Positions 63,375-64,000 of a DNA stretch of 64,000 nucleotides are shown here, piece by piece. A program made the translations under genes and the position numbers. Below the pieces are notes generated by a model, which worked only from the letters and a program-made list of their open reading frames with translations, ran no database searches and was not told the origin of the DNA. Numbering within the stretch: the stretch's first letter is position 1; every line of letters starts with the position of its first letter. The stretch is from assembly GCA_964019425.1 (NCBI GenBank), contig OZ025804.1, positions 310,001-374,000 on the forward strand, written 5' to 3'. Source of the stretch: Flectonema sp. DT1601 (Eukaryota).

Positions 63375-64000
63375 GAAGCCTAGGAAGACAAAAGCCAGGA
63401 AAAGCTCACAGGGTAACAGTTATATCGCTACCAGCAACCGTGAGACTCTCATAGACGATAACAGACGTAGAATAACCTGGAACAAATGACTACCTAAACC
63501 CACCGTCCACGCGAGCAGACAATTGTCGGGTTAAAACGAATCGGTGAGTGAAATTTACGCAAGAACAACCATACGATCTCTTACAGTTTAGTTGCGGGTT
63601 TGGGGGGGGTGTACGAGTCATCCTTTAAAGAAAAATACATCAACGAATATGCACACAGCTGCTGTCAGTAGATGCAGTACCGCAAACAGCACTAGAAACT
63701 CCCAACATTGCGGCCAGTGCAGTAAGTCTGAGTAACTTCATGATTAGCAGGTGGCAATAAACTGTGAAAAAAATATTTTAACAATCCGAGTGACTACAAA
63801 CTGATAGTTCCTTAGAATTACGACAACAGGAATGTTTCATCTAAATTATTTATTGTTTCCGTTTTAAGAATCGAAACATAAAATCAAATGATCCGTCATA
63901 TGAACATCTTAAATGAAGGGAAGTGGAAATAGACCTACACCCTTAGAGTATATATCCTTTTAAAGACGTTAGTACTGACGACATTTCAAACACGCAAAGG

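Overview
AT-rich eukaryotic (protist) nuclear DNA. About 23 protein-coding genes all lie on the minus strand and have short GT-AG introns. Many have a pyrimidine-rich AG just upstream of the start codon. This organisation suggests a polycistronic, trans-splicing euglenozoan (diplonemid-like); that assignment is inference only. Recognisable genes are CSE1/exportin-2, MAF1, an OFD1-like protein, eIF2A, a GOS1-type SNARE, BAG, WD40, SET, TPR and GFA proteins, a DUF5054-like glycoside hydrolase, a DM14-repeat/EF-hand protein and two ubiquitin-like+LRR paralogues. Main points of interest: (1) four arrays (~8.3 kb in total) of one 326+94n-bp repeat, each inside an intron and in the same orientation, whose unit carries box C/D-like and AGA-hairpin snoRNA-like modules; (2) a ~2,039-aa gene with a bacterial-style SLOG(LSDAT)+double SLATT architecture that hosts two of those arrays; (3) A/C-rich internal 3' splice sites versus T-rich 5'-most acceptors; (4) a pogo-like transposon inside an (AAT)n tract; (5) an orphan 28S rRNA fragment. 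All gene models and domain calls were made by eye, without database searches.
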